Below, one piece after another: positions 37,639 through 48,374 of a stretch of 64,000 nt of DNA. Position 1 is the stretch's first letter; each line of letters opens with the position of its first letter. The translations under genes and the position numbers were made by a program. Source of the DNA: Mobula hypostoma (Eukaryota); contig NC_086097.1 of NCBI RefSeq assembly GCF_963921235.1, positions 254,016,001-254,080,000 on the forward strand. Reading direction: 5' to 3'. The notes beneath the pieces are model-generated. The model was not told the DNA's origin, ran no database searches, and saw only the letters and a list, made by a program, of their open reading frames with translations.

Positions 37639-38799
37639 TTCCAATATCTGCAGTTTCATTTTTTTACCAAGGGAAAGAACAATTTTGTTATTCTATATTT
37701 GTTAGTTGCAATGATTTTAATTGATTTCAGTTTGAAATTTCAGTTATTTTAAATGTAAAGAAAAATACAACATTTTCCAATAATTGAAGCAATTTGTTTT
37801 TATTTTTACATCTGTCGTGCGAATGTGGAAAGAATTTGAAAATATTCTAATAATCCAACCACTCCAGTTCCTTTGGCAGCCCATAAGCCTAGGGGTGTAC
37901 ACTCTTCATTGTCGAAGTGGGTTTGTGAGCTCCTGTTCAAGTTTAATTGACATTCATCCTTACACATGAATATGGCCAAACAAAGCTGGGTACTTCTGGG
38001 GCAAAACACAGTACCAGCAGCACACAGCACAACAGCAGAAAAACATACAGCCACAAAGAAACATGTCTCACCTCAGTCGCTGAGTATCATGGCCTGTAGA
38101 TTGATGGTGTGGCTGTCCTCATCACACATTAGTGTGGACTCAGATGAATGCAATCCAACTTCTCTACTGTCAAGCGAACACTGGAGGCCAGCACCAGTAA
38201 GAGGGGCCAGTTCCCAACCCAGCACGGATTCCAGCTCTCTCCCACACCAGATCTGGTGTCTCCTTCCCCGAGTGGCTGCAACAGGTGACCCTGCATCATG
38301 GGAGCCCTGTCTGTGCATCAACTGAGGCCAGGCAACTCCCCCACCCCCACCCCCGTCAGTCTCGCCAATGAACTCATAAACTGGCCTTGCAGTATTTTAC
38401 ATTACTAATGTCCAATCACCAGGCCAGGCTCCCAGTGGAAGGCAGCAAACAGGGTCCACACTAAAAGCAAACAGCATCTAACACAAGGAACATGCCTGGT
38501 GGACCTCCATTCTCCTTGCCTTAACATCTTCACAAGTATGTCATCTATGGTTAGCATCAGCTCATGTTGGAGTTTGCTCCAAAATGGTAGCAGTATGATC
38601 ACTCACATTGAGTATAATGTTCTCCCAAGGGGTTATTCTCTTATGGTCTGATGGGAACACCTGTCTATGATTTTGACAGGTCATAACATGTCCTGGGGAG
38701 CGTGATGCACAGGCAGCCCCCACATGGTCCTTGACAGATTGGGGTCAGGGCCCAGTGACACCAAGTGCAAGATGCCTCGGGACACTTCACTGCTGCAGC

Positions 38800-39321
38800 C
38801 TTCCTCCACCTTCACTGTGTTGTGACGAGTCATCATCTTCCTCCACCTTCACTGTGTTGTGACGAGTCATCATCTTCCTCCACCTTCACTGTGTTGTGAC
38901 GAGTCATCATCTTCCTCCACCTTCACTGTGTTGTGACGAGTCATCATCTTCCTCCACCTTCACTGTGTTGTGACGAGTCATCATCTTCCTCCACCTTCAC
39001 TGTGTTGTGATGAGTCATCATCTTCCCCCATCTTCACTGTGTTGTGACGAGTCATCATCTTCCTCCACCTTCACTGTGTTGTGACGAGTCATCATCTTCC
39101 TCCACCTTCACTGTGTTGTGACGAGTCATCATCTTCCCCCACCTTTACTGTGTTGTGATGAGTCATCATCTTCCTCCACCTTCACTGTGTTGTGACCAGT
39201 CATCATCTTCCTCCACCTTCACTGTGTTGTGATGAGTCATCATCTTCCTCCACCTTCACTGTGTTGTGATGAGTCATCATCTTCCTCCACCTTCACTGTG
39301 TTGTGATGAGTCATCATCTTC
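38800..39321. repeat. 37-bp tandem repeat, about 14 copies (CTTCCTCCACCTTCACTGTGTTGTGA[C/T]GAGTCATCAT)
   Basis: Direct inspection shows near-identical units and no spacers. Confidence 0.95.
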
Positions 39322-39969
39322 TGCCAGCTCCACCATTGGGATCTCTCTTTGTCTGGAACCTCCTCCTCATCCATAGGTACATTGCACTTAGCATCACAGG
39401 AACTCAGAAGCCTCTCCTCCACAACAAAGTGACAATCTGCAGAATAGATGAAAGTAGGACACAACCCGCACTCAGCTGATGGACATTCACCATACAGGAC
39501 ACGCCTTCTTATCACTGCTATCATTGCGACTGTAACGCGCTGTGAGGTTTCACTCTAATGGAATGGCCTTTCTGTAATGTTCCACAGCTAAGGTAATGGT
39601 TTCTCTGTAGCAGCAATATTTTGGTTATATCTAGAGATAACAGGGCATGTTAGCCAATGAGTGGGATGTTGTTCTTTCTTTTGTGTCTGGGAGCAGGGAT
39701 TTTGTGTTTTTTTTGTCGGGGGGCGATGAAGAGAGAGGAGTGAATGGAGAGAGTTGGTAGACTGCCCGATAGAGGGAACTGAGGGGCGCGGGTCCGCGGG
39801 TCTGAGGGTCGGCTACGCTCGGAGAAGGACGACAGGAACAAATGGACAACACCGTGAGCTCCAACGTTTCCACATTAGACTGGTTCATGAGACTTTCCTT
39901 TCTTTTGTTTCTTTACTAACCATATAGTCAAATTAAGAACCATAAACCTCCAATCGATTAATCGCATAT

Positions 39970-42900
39970 CACAGCCATATATCCTTTCTTGGAACGTGCC
40001 TCCGTCGCCAACTTACTCCAGTTGGCTTTAGGATTCGTTTCCAAGCCTCTCAATTTGGACCTTCTGAGGATCCCAGGTACTCACATTTTATTGACTCTGC
40101 CTCTCGCCGCTTCTCCCGTCAAGCTCTGAAGGCGACTCTCTCCGCCATGAGGAGGTACTTGGTGTCCCTATCCCAGACCCTTCCACACCTTCGGGACACT
40201 TTCTTCGCCGTCTGTAATGGTCCTACCCGTTATTTCATCCTCCGTCGGATCCACGCCTGCAATCGCCGTTTCTTTGACTTTGTCATGTTAGGCAAAGATC
40301 GCAAGATCTTACATCTACGGACTCCAGAGCCTGCCGGCCCCGACGCTAGCAGGCATGAACTTTCAATTGCGGTCTCTGCCATTGATCTCGGCGGCTCCAA
40401 CACCTCAGGACATATTCAAAACCCGGACTCCAGCAACGACCATGGACACCTTCACAGCGATTGCACAACCACCAACTGCGACTCCAGCCTTGAACTCCAG
40501 GCCGGGTCTTTATGTGCTGCTGTTGTGACTCCCGTCTCCCCTTCCCCCACCACCACTCCGCAGCCCCGTCTTCCTCAGATCCCACCGTCAACTCCGGGGC
40601 CCTCAGAGGCTCCATCTTCCTCTCACCCCAACCCTCCCCTCTCCATTGACACCACCAGCCTCCACCCTCCCCCCTCTGATCCGAGCTCTCATCCGTGCCG
40701 GGTCTTTACCATCCCCTCCGACCTTCAACTGTCGGAGGCAGAACGCTCTGTCCTCAGTAAGGGCCTCACGTTTGTCCCCCTTCGCCCACACCTCAGCGAG
40801 TTCCGTGTTCGCCATGATGCGGAACTTTTCTTCCGCCGTCTCCGTCTCCGAGCCTACTTCTTCGGCAAGGACTCTTCCACCCCCACCGATGACCCCTTCT
40901 CCCGTCTTCAACCCTCCTCTTCTTCATGGACACCCCGCTCTGGTCTTCTGCCTGCTCTGGATCTCTTTATTGCTAACTGCCGACGGGACATCAACCATCT
41001 CGACTTCACCGCACCTTGTCCCCATTCCAACCTCACTCCTTCGGAACGCTCTGCTCTCCACTCCCTCCGCACTAATCCTAACCTTATTATTAAACCCGCT
41101 GATAAAGGGGGTGCTGTTGTAGTCTGGCGTACTGACCTCTACCTTGCCGAGGCACAGCGACAACTCGCGGATACCTCCTCTTATTTACCCCTCGATCGTG
41201 ACCCCACTAAGGAGCACCAGGCCATTGTCTCCCACACTATCAACGACTTTATCCGCTCAGGGGATCTCCCATCCACTGCTACCAACCTTATAGTTCCCAC
41301 ACCCCGCACTTCCCGTTTCTACCTCCTACCCAAGATCCACAAACCTGCCTGTCCTGGCCGACCTATTGTCTCAGCTTGCTCCTGCCCCACCGAACTCGTT
41401 TCTGCATACCTCGACACGGTTTTATCCCCCCTTGTTCAATCCCTTCCGACCTATGTTCGTGACACTTCTCACGCTCTTAAACTTTTCGATGATTTTAAGT
41501 TCCCTGGCCCCCACCGCTTTATTTTCACCATGGATGTCCAGTCCTTATATACTTCCATCCCCCATCAGGAAGGTCTCAAAGCTCTACGCTTCTTTTTGGA
41601 TTCCAGACCTAATCAGTTCCCCTCTACCACCACTCTGCTCCGTCTAGCGGAATTAGTCCTTACTCTTAATAATTTCTCCTTTTGCTCCTCCCATTTCCTC
41701 CAAACTAAAGGTGTAGCTATGGGCACCCGTATGGGTCCTAGCTATGCCTGCCTTTTTGTTGGGTTTGTGGAACAATCTATGTTCCGTGCCTATTCTGGTA
41801 TCTGTCCCCCACTTTTCCTTCGCTACATCGACGACTGCATTGGCGCTGCTTCCTGCACGCATGCAGAACTCGTTGACTTTATTAACTTTGCCTCCAACTT
41901 TCACCCTGCCCTCAAGTTTACCTGGTCCATTTCCGACACCTCCCTCCCCGTTCTAGATCTTTCTGTCTCTGTCTCTGGAGACAGCTTATCCACTGATGTC
42001 TACTATAAGCCTACTGACTCTCGCAGCTATCTGGACTATTCCTCTTCTCACCCTGTCTCTTGCAAAAACGCCATCCCCTTCTCGCAATTCCTCCGTCTCC
42101 GCCGCATCTGCTCTCAGGATGAGGCTTTTCATTCTAGGACGAGGGAGATGTCTTCATTTTTTAAAGAAAGGGGCTGCCCTTCCTCCACTATCAACTCTGC
42201 TCTTAAATGCATCTCCCCCATTTCATGTACATCTGCTCTCACTCCATCCTCCCACCACCCCACTAGGAATAGGGTTCCCCTGGTCCTCACCTACCACCCC
42301 ACCAGCCTCCGGGTCCAACATATTATTCTCCGTAACTTCCGCCACCTCCAACGGGATCCCACCACTAAGCACATCTTTCCCTCCCCCCCCTCTCTGCATT
42401 CCGCAGGGATCGCTCCCTACACAACTCCCTTGTCCATTCGTCCCCTCCATCCCTCCCCACTGATCTCCCTCCTGGCACTTATCCGTGTAAGCGGAACAAG
42501 TGCTACACATGCCCTTACACTTCCTCCCTTACCACCATTCAGGGCCCCAAACAGTCCTTACAGGTGAGGCATCACTTCACCTGTGAGTCGACTGGGGTGA
42601 TATACTGCGTCTGGTGCTCCCGATGTGGCCTTTTATATATTGGTGAGACCCGACGCAGACTGGGAGACCGCTTTGCTGAACATCTACGCTCTGTCCGCCA
42701 GAGAAAGCAGGATCTCCCAGTGGCCACACATTTTAATTCCACATCCCATTCCCATTCTGACATGTCTATCCACGGCCTCCTCTACTGTAAAGATGAAGCC
42801 ACACTCAGGTTGGAGGAACAACACCTTATATTCCATCTGGGTAGCCTCCAACCTGATGGCATGAACATTGACTTCTCTAACTTCCGCTAAGGCCCCACCT

Positions 42901-43315
42901 CCCCCTCGTACCCCATCTGTTACTCATTTTTATGCACACATTCTTTCTCTCACTCTCCTTTTTCTCCCTCTGTCCCTCTGAATATACCTCTTGCCCATCC
43001 TCTGGGTCACCCCCCCCTTGTCTTTCTTCCCGGACCTCCTGTCCCATGATCCTCTTGTATCCCCTTTTTCCTATCACCTGTCCAGCTCTCGGCTCTATCC
43101 CTCCCCCTCCTGTCTTCTCCTATCATTTTGCATCTCCCCCTCCCCTTCCAGCTTTCAAATCCCTTACTCACTCTTCCTTCAGTTAGTCCTGACGAAGGGT
43201 CTCGGCCTGAAACGTCGACTGCGCCTCTTCCTATAGATGCTGCTTGGCCTGCTGCGTTCACCAGCAACTTTGATGTATGTTGCTTGAATTTCCAGCATCT
43301 GCAGAATTCCTGTTG
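39970..43315 (+). mobile_element. Penelope-like element (Neptune type): RT + GIY-YIG endonuclease, 5'-truncated, one frameshift near 42380-42390
   Basis: IKPADKGGAVVV, MDVQSLYTSIP, GVAMGT, RYIDD; linker CKRNKCYTC; GVIYCVWCSRCGLLYIGET. A 12-bp TSD TTAATCGCATAT sits at 39958-39969 and 43316-43327. Confidence 0.95.
43185..43220 (+). ncRNA. Minimal type I hammerhead ribozyme in the Penelope 3' region
   Basis: AGTC-CTGACGA-AGGGTCTCGGCCT-GAAA-C-GTC-GACT: stem I AGTC/GACT, conserved cores, GUC triplet and palindromic ACGT stem III. Confidence 0.75.
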
Positions 43316-43549
43316 TTAATCGCATATTGTGTACTGTTTGTTAATTCGTGGTACTGTACTCATTTGTAACGGGACACATCGCGCACCACCCACCCAAAGG
43401 AGATTTCTTAAATTTGGCCGGGCCAGGGGCTATCATCCCCTAGATTAAGCTGCTAGTTGAACGGAGGGTTACAACTGTGGGGGCAACGTTCCGGGATTGA
43501 TTTCATTGGATGTTGTGTGGCTACCCAGTCTCAATGATTTCATCTCCTC

Positions 43550-43922
43550 TGCGGATGCAGGATGGAGATACGCCTCTCCCTAAGGAAGTGTAAGGTGCTC
43601 CTTTCCTCTGCAAGCCTGTAGGTCACCATAGGGCAAGATGTAGCATCTGCTTAGCCCCTCTGATCAGGGTCACGTGAAGCCATGGAGCTGGTGGTGGATG
43701 GTCGTATGAGCAGCAGGTGCATATCACAAGTTCTGGTTATGTGAGCACTAACACCAAGCAGACAATCTCTGAGGGTATTGATAATCACTGTGGTCACCCA
43801 TCTTATAAAGACACTGCCCAGAAGAAGGCAATGGCAAACTACTTCTGTAGAATTTGCCAAGAACAATTATGGTCGTAGACCATAATTGCCTATATCACAT
43901 GACATGGCACATAATGATGATG
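43550..43922 (+). mobile_element. RTE/BovB-related SINE-like element
   Basis: AGAAGGCAATGGCAAACTACTTCTGTAGAATTTGCCAAG resembles the Bov-A/RTE core. It ends in an (ATG)n tail. Confidence 0.55.
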
Positions 43923-44632
43923 GATTGATTCTTCCCCACCACCACCAGATTGTGAATAGTCTATGAACCTTCATGAGGCTTCTGAAAATCCAAGTAAACA
44001 ACATCCACTAACTCACCTTAAGGAAATCATGCTGACTTTGCCCTTCTTTATCACGTGCCTCCAAGTACACCAAAACCTCATCCTTAACAGTGGATCCCAA
44101 AATCTTTCCAACCACAGAAGTCAGGCTAACTGGTCTATAATTTCCTTTCTTCTGCCTCCCCACCCCTTCTTGAAGAATGGAGAGACATTTATAATTTTCC
44201 AATGCTCCAGAACCATGCCAGAATTTGGTGATTCTTGAAAGATCATTACAGATGCCTCCACAATCTCTTCAGCTACCTCTTTCAGAACTTTGGGGTGAAG
44301 TCTAGCTGGTCCAAGTGACTTATTTACCTTCAGACCTTATAGTTACACAAGGACTTTCTCCCTAATAATAGCAATTGCACTTACATCTCGACCTTCCATC
44401 ATACTGCTTGGGGCTCCCACGATAAAGACTGATGCAAAGTACTTATTCAGTTCATCGACAATTTCCTTGTCCCCTATTCTACCTCTCCAGCATCATTTTC
44501 CAGCAGTCCAATATCTATTCTCGCCTTTCTTTTACTCTTTGTATATCTGAAGAATCCTTTGATACCCTGACAAATAAATTCTTCTCAGCCTTCCAGCCAG
44601 GTACAGGTATCAATTTTACCAATGTTTCGATG

Positions 44633-44886
44633 ACATAGTAGTCATAGTCATAGTCATTCTTTATTAATCTCAGGGGAAATTGGTTTTCATTACAATTGCT
44701 TCATAAATAATAAATAGTAATAGAATCATAAATAGTTAAATAGTAATATGTAAATTATGCAGGAAATAAGTCCAGGACCAGCCTATTGGCTCAGGGTGTC
44801 TGACCCTCCAAGGGAGGAGTTGTAAAGTTTGATGGCCACAGGCAGGAATGACTTCCTATGACGCTCTGTGCTGCATCTCGGTGGAA
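44633..44886 (-). mobile_element. Rex1/Babar-like 3' end with an (ATGACT)n tail
   Basis: (CATAGT)n followed by CTTTATTAATCTCAGGGGAAATT. Same tail type as 755-828. Confidence 0.65.
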
Positions 44887-44998
44887 CACAGAGTTTGCTA
44901 TTAAAACGTTGGATAAAAGTCAATATCTGTACCCGGCTGGAAGCCTGAGAAGAGTTTATTCAACATATAGGCAGGAAAGCACTAGCTCCTTTTTAGTA

Positions 44999-45142
44999 CG
45001 CAAACAACAAATCCCTTTCAAATCCCTTACTCACTCTTCCTTCAGATGGTCCTGACGAAGGGTCTCGGCCTGAAACATCGACTGCACCTCTTCCTAGAGA
45101 TGCTGCTTGGCCTGCTGCGTTCACCAGCAACTTTTGTGTGTG
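44999..45142 (+). mobile_element. 144-bp Penelope 3'-end insertion with a hammerhead motif and a 16-bp TSD
   Basis: TAGCTCCTTTTTAGTA at 44983-44998 and 45143-45158. The body is near-identical to 43153-43280. Confidence 0.88.
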
Positions 45143-45344
45143 TAGCTCCTTTTTAGTATCATCTTTGATATTATTGGCTGGCTTACCTTTGTATTCCATC
45201 TTTGTGACTTTTTATGCCCTCTCATTAGCTTCTATCTGTCTTTGACTTCTCTTGTCAGCCACAGTTGCCTCATCCTCCCTTTAGAGTACTTTCTCTTCTT
45301 TGAGATGTATCTTTCCTGCACCTTATGAATTGCCCACGACCACT

Positions 45345-45620
45345 ACTTTCTAGAAGATGAAAACAGCAAATACTTGGGAACACCGCCATTTGGAAATCCC
45401 CCTCCAAGTCCTGACTCAGAGACATATCGCCATTCCTTCATTGTTACTGGGTCGAAATCATGGAATTCTCTCTCTAACAGCACTGTGGGTGTACCCACAC
45501 CTCAGGGACTGCAGCGGTTCAAGAAGGCAGCTCGTCACCACCTTCTCAAGGGCAACCAGGGATGGGCAATGAATGTTGGCTTAGCTGGCAGTGCCCACAT
45601 CCCGTAAATAAATAAATAAA
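45345..45620 (+). mobile_element. 3' end of a divergent CR1/L2-like LINE
   Basis: KSWNSLSNSTVG..LQRFKKAA C-terminus and a (TAAA)n tail. Confidence 0.6.
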
Positions 45621-47099
45621 ACTCCAGCCGTTGCTCTTTTATCATTATCCCTGCTAGTGTTCCCTTCCAATCAATTTTGGCCAGCTCTTCCCTTATGCCT
45701 CTGTAATTGCCTTTACTCCACTGCAGTACTGACACATCCAACTTTAGCTTCTCCCTCTCAAATTGCAGAGTGGATTCCATCATATTGCAATAACTGCTCC
45801 TCAAGGGTTCCTTTGCCTTAATCTCTCTCATCAATTCCAGTTCTTTGCACAACACCAGTCCAGAAAAGCTGATCCCATTGAAATTTATATCCCACATCCT
45901 GACTACTTCATAGATGCCTGTATATATTTCCCATCAGGGTCTTTATCCCCTTGTAGTTTCTTAACTCAACCCACAAGGATTCTACATCTTCCTTGGTCCC
46001 AGAGGAAAGCTACTTTGTTTGGCTGCATTCATCACGGTTAAACGACAATTAAATTTGAACTTGAATTTGATTCTAATTTTTAGTAGTTTTCAGCTATGGT
46101 GTAGTCACTTACTGAGAATTTAACTGTTACTGATTTTCCTTTACTAACTTTTGGACGTAGTGCTTACATAGATTGTTCTCACAACAATTTTCAAAGGGGA
46201 ACATGGCACTTAACTAGTCTGGACATAGATTAATCTGATTTTCATCAATATTTTGGGGTTGAGGGACATAACTCTGTGATAATAAACCTGAATCTGATTC
46301 TGTATCTTGCAATGATAGAGATTTCAATTAAACAAACAGATATGTGTGATAAATATCAGGTTCGCGGTCCACAGGGAGCAGAGGACAGCTGGTAGAGCAG
46401 TAAGAGAGATGAGTAAACAGCAGGAAACGTGGCCTTGGTCACAGGGAGGGCGAGTGATTCTTTAGTCTTTCGTGAAGTCCAACCTGGAGAAGGAAGAATC
46501 CCATTAGGAAACCAACAGGAATTTAAGTTTTCAACTCTGTTTTGGTAGGCTGCCTCAGAACGAAATTAGAGAAGGGGACAGCCCTGGGCAAGTCCACACA
46601 GAACAGATGTTGGCACACCTTTCTGCTGCGTTGAGCCTCTTTCACCATTCAATAAGATCATGCCTGATCTGGGTGTGGACTCCCCTCCATCAACCTACCT
46701 TTTCCCCATAATCCTTAATTTCCTGGTAAGCAAATATCTATCTGTGTATTAAAAATATTTAATGTGGTAGCCTCCACTGAGAATTCCACAGATCTCTGGG
46801 AAAAGCAGTTCCTCCTCGTCTCCATCCTAAACCTATTCCCCTGGATTCAGGATGCCAAGGAGATCCACCTACTAAAGTATACACAGAGTTCAATGGGGAG
46901 ATTGTCTCCATTTGGAACTTCCTTTCCACTGCAATAATGTTTGTAGCACCTGATCTGATGCTTACAGTCCTCACTTTCGGCAGAAATGAAGTCTATTTAG
47001 GCTCATTTGTCTCACAGTGGTCAAGAAGGATTCTATTCCTCTGAAATATTTTGGGCTGAGGTCATCAGATTTCAGATTCAGGTTCATTTATTTACCGCA

Positions 47100-47530
47100 T
47101 ATACATCAGGTTATGGTTGTTATAGCCAGGGGTGGTAGTGGGGATAAGCTTCCATTGCATATTAAATGCTCCCAATGGCGTGCATCTCAAGCAGCCTCTG
47201 ATAAGCAAGTCCAGTTCCTGCCCTTCACCTGTAGCTTAGATACTAAGCCCAGTGAAACCACTTCTACTGACAAGAGAAGGGGCAAAGGCAGAATCCTGGC
47301 ACTTTAAAACCAGTCACTTCAGACAGATTGGGCTTGTCAGCTGTGGTTGGCAGCTCAACTAGGAGACACAAAACTCTGATCTCAAGCCTCCACTGCCTTG
47401 TGCCTATACCCACACATGGGAAAGGATTCAGGAGTAAACCCCAAGGGAAAACTCTGGAGCTGGAGTCCCTAAGGCAGTCCTATGTTGAGTTTAATACTAA
47501 CTGGCAACTCCTGCAATGCTGCTGGGGCCA
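47100..47530 (+). mobile_element. RTE-derived SINE-like element, related to 61795-62060
   Basis: Both copies share ATTAAATGCTCCCAATGG…AGCCTCTGA…CAAGTCCA…CCTTCAC…TACTAAGCC. Confidence 0.55.
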
Positions 47531-47964
47531 AAGAAGCCAGGAACCTGAAGACACACTCAATGTCTTAAGAGCAGCTTCTTCCCCTCCACCATCAGATCTC
47601 TTTATGTATGAACACTACTTCACCATTTGTGTACTACGTATTTATTTTTGTAACTTAGTGTAATTTTTGAGTTTTGCACACCTGAGCCTGCAGACATGCA
47701 GTTTACTTTCGAAGCCCGTAGGCTATGGTACTGAAATTCTTATAGATGGAAATTAATTGTAAGAGGTACAATTAACCTCTTGCTTACTTCAATGTTCATG
47801 CACGAATTTCACTGTGAAGTATATTGTAAAAGGTAAGATGTATTCAAGGTGTAATTATGAAGAAAACTACCTTGAGATTGTTCACAGTAGAACAAAGGTC
47901 ATTCAGCTAATTTTATAAATTTGACATCAATGAGTTTTACAATGTGATAGACAAAATTTAGGGT

Positions 47965-48200
47965 AAGTGGTTCGGCAACGCTATTATATCTCGGGGTGTT
48001 GGAGTTCACAGTTCAATTCCAGCAAGTTTAAACATTTTCCCTGTGGAATGCATGGGTGTCCTCCCATGTCTGAAAGACAGACCCGTTAGTAGGTTAGTTG
48101 GTCCTATAATTAGGCTGGGGTTACATGGGGGCATGTGGGGGGGGGGGGGGCTTTGCTGAGCCGAAAGGACCTGCTCCACACTGTGTCACTGGATTAAAAT
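47965..48200 (+). mobile_element. Decayed tRNA-derived SINE with a CR1-type tail
   Basis: B-box-like GTTCAATTCC, GTTAGTAGGTTAGTTGGTC and a GCCGAAAGGACCTGCTCCACACTGT tail. Confidence 0.45.
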
Positions 48201-48374
48201 AAATAAAATTCCCTCTACCTTCATAAAAAGGCATTATTCAATATTTTTCTAAGTTCCAGAAAAATTAAGAGTGTGCCAAATGATTACCGTGGAAAATTAT
48301 AGGTTAAAACCGATGCAGCTAAGGTTCACTTGGTTGATTCTAGAGAGGAGAGTTAGTCTGTGAGGAGAGATTGC

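Larger units (their letters stand above)
39531..43497 (+). mobile_element. LTR (39531-39969 plus 43328-43473) with a degenerate tRNA-Pro PBS (43478-43497), split by the Penelope insertion
   Basis: TGTAAC…GTTACA termini, followed by TGGGGGCAACGTTCCGGGAT (compare Pro PBS TGGGGGCTCGTCCGGGAT). Confidence 0.7.
43925..46000 (-). mobile_element. Old CR1 ORF2 remnant fragmented by several insertions
   Basis: [16 protein letters not shown] (44008-44202) and WSKGNYRGIREELAKIDW (45535-45897). Confidence 0.75.

Noticed and set aside
38800..39321. CRISPR-like array (37-bp periodicity)
   Set aside because: The units are contiguous with no unique spacers, there are no cas genes, and the context is vertebrate.
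46340..47045. Non-repeat-looking stretches with short open frames and a candidate minus-strand acceptor (~46484)
   Set aside because: No recognisable protein similarity or consistent exon chain.
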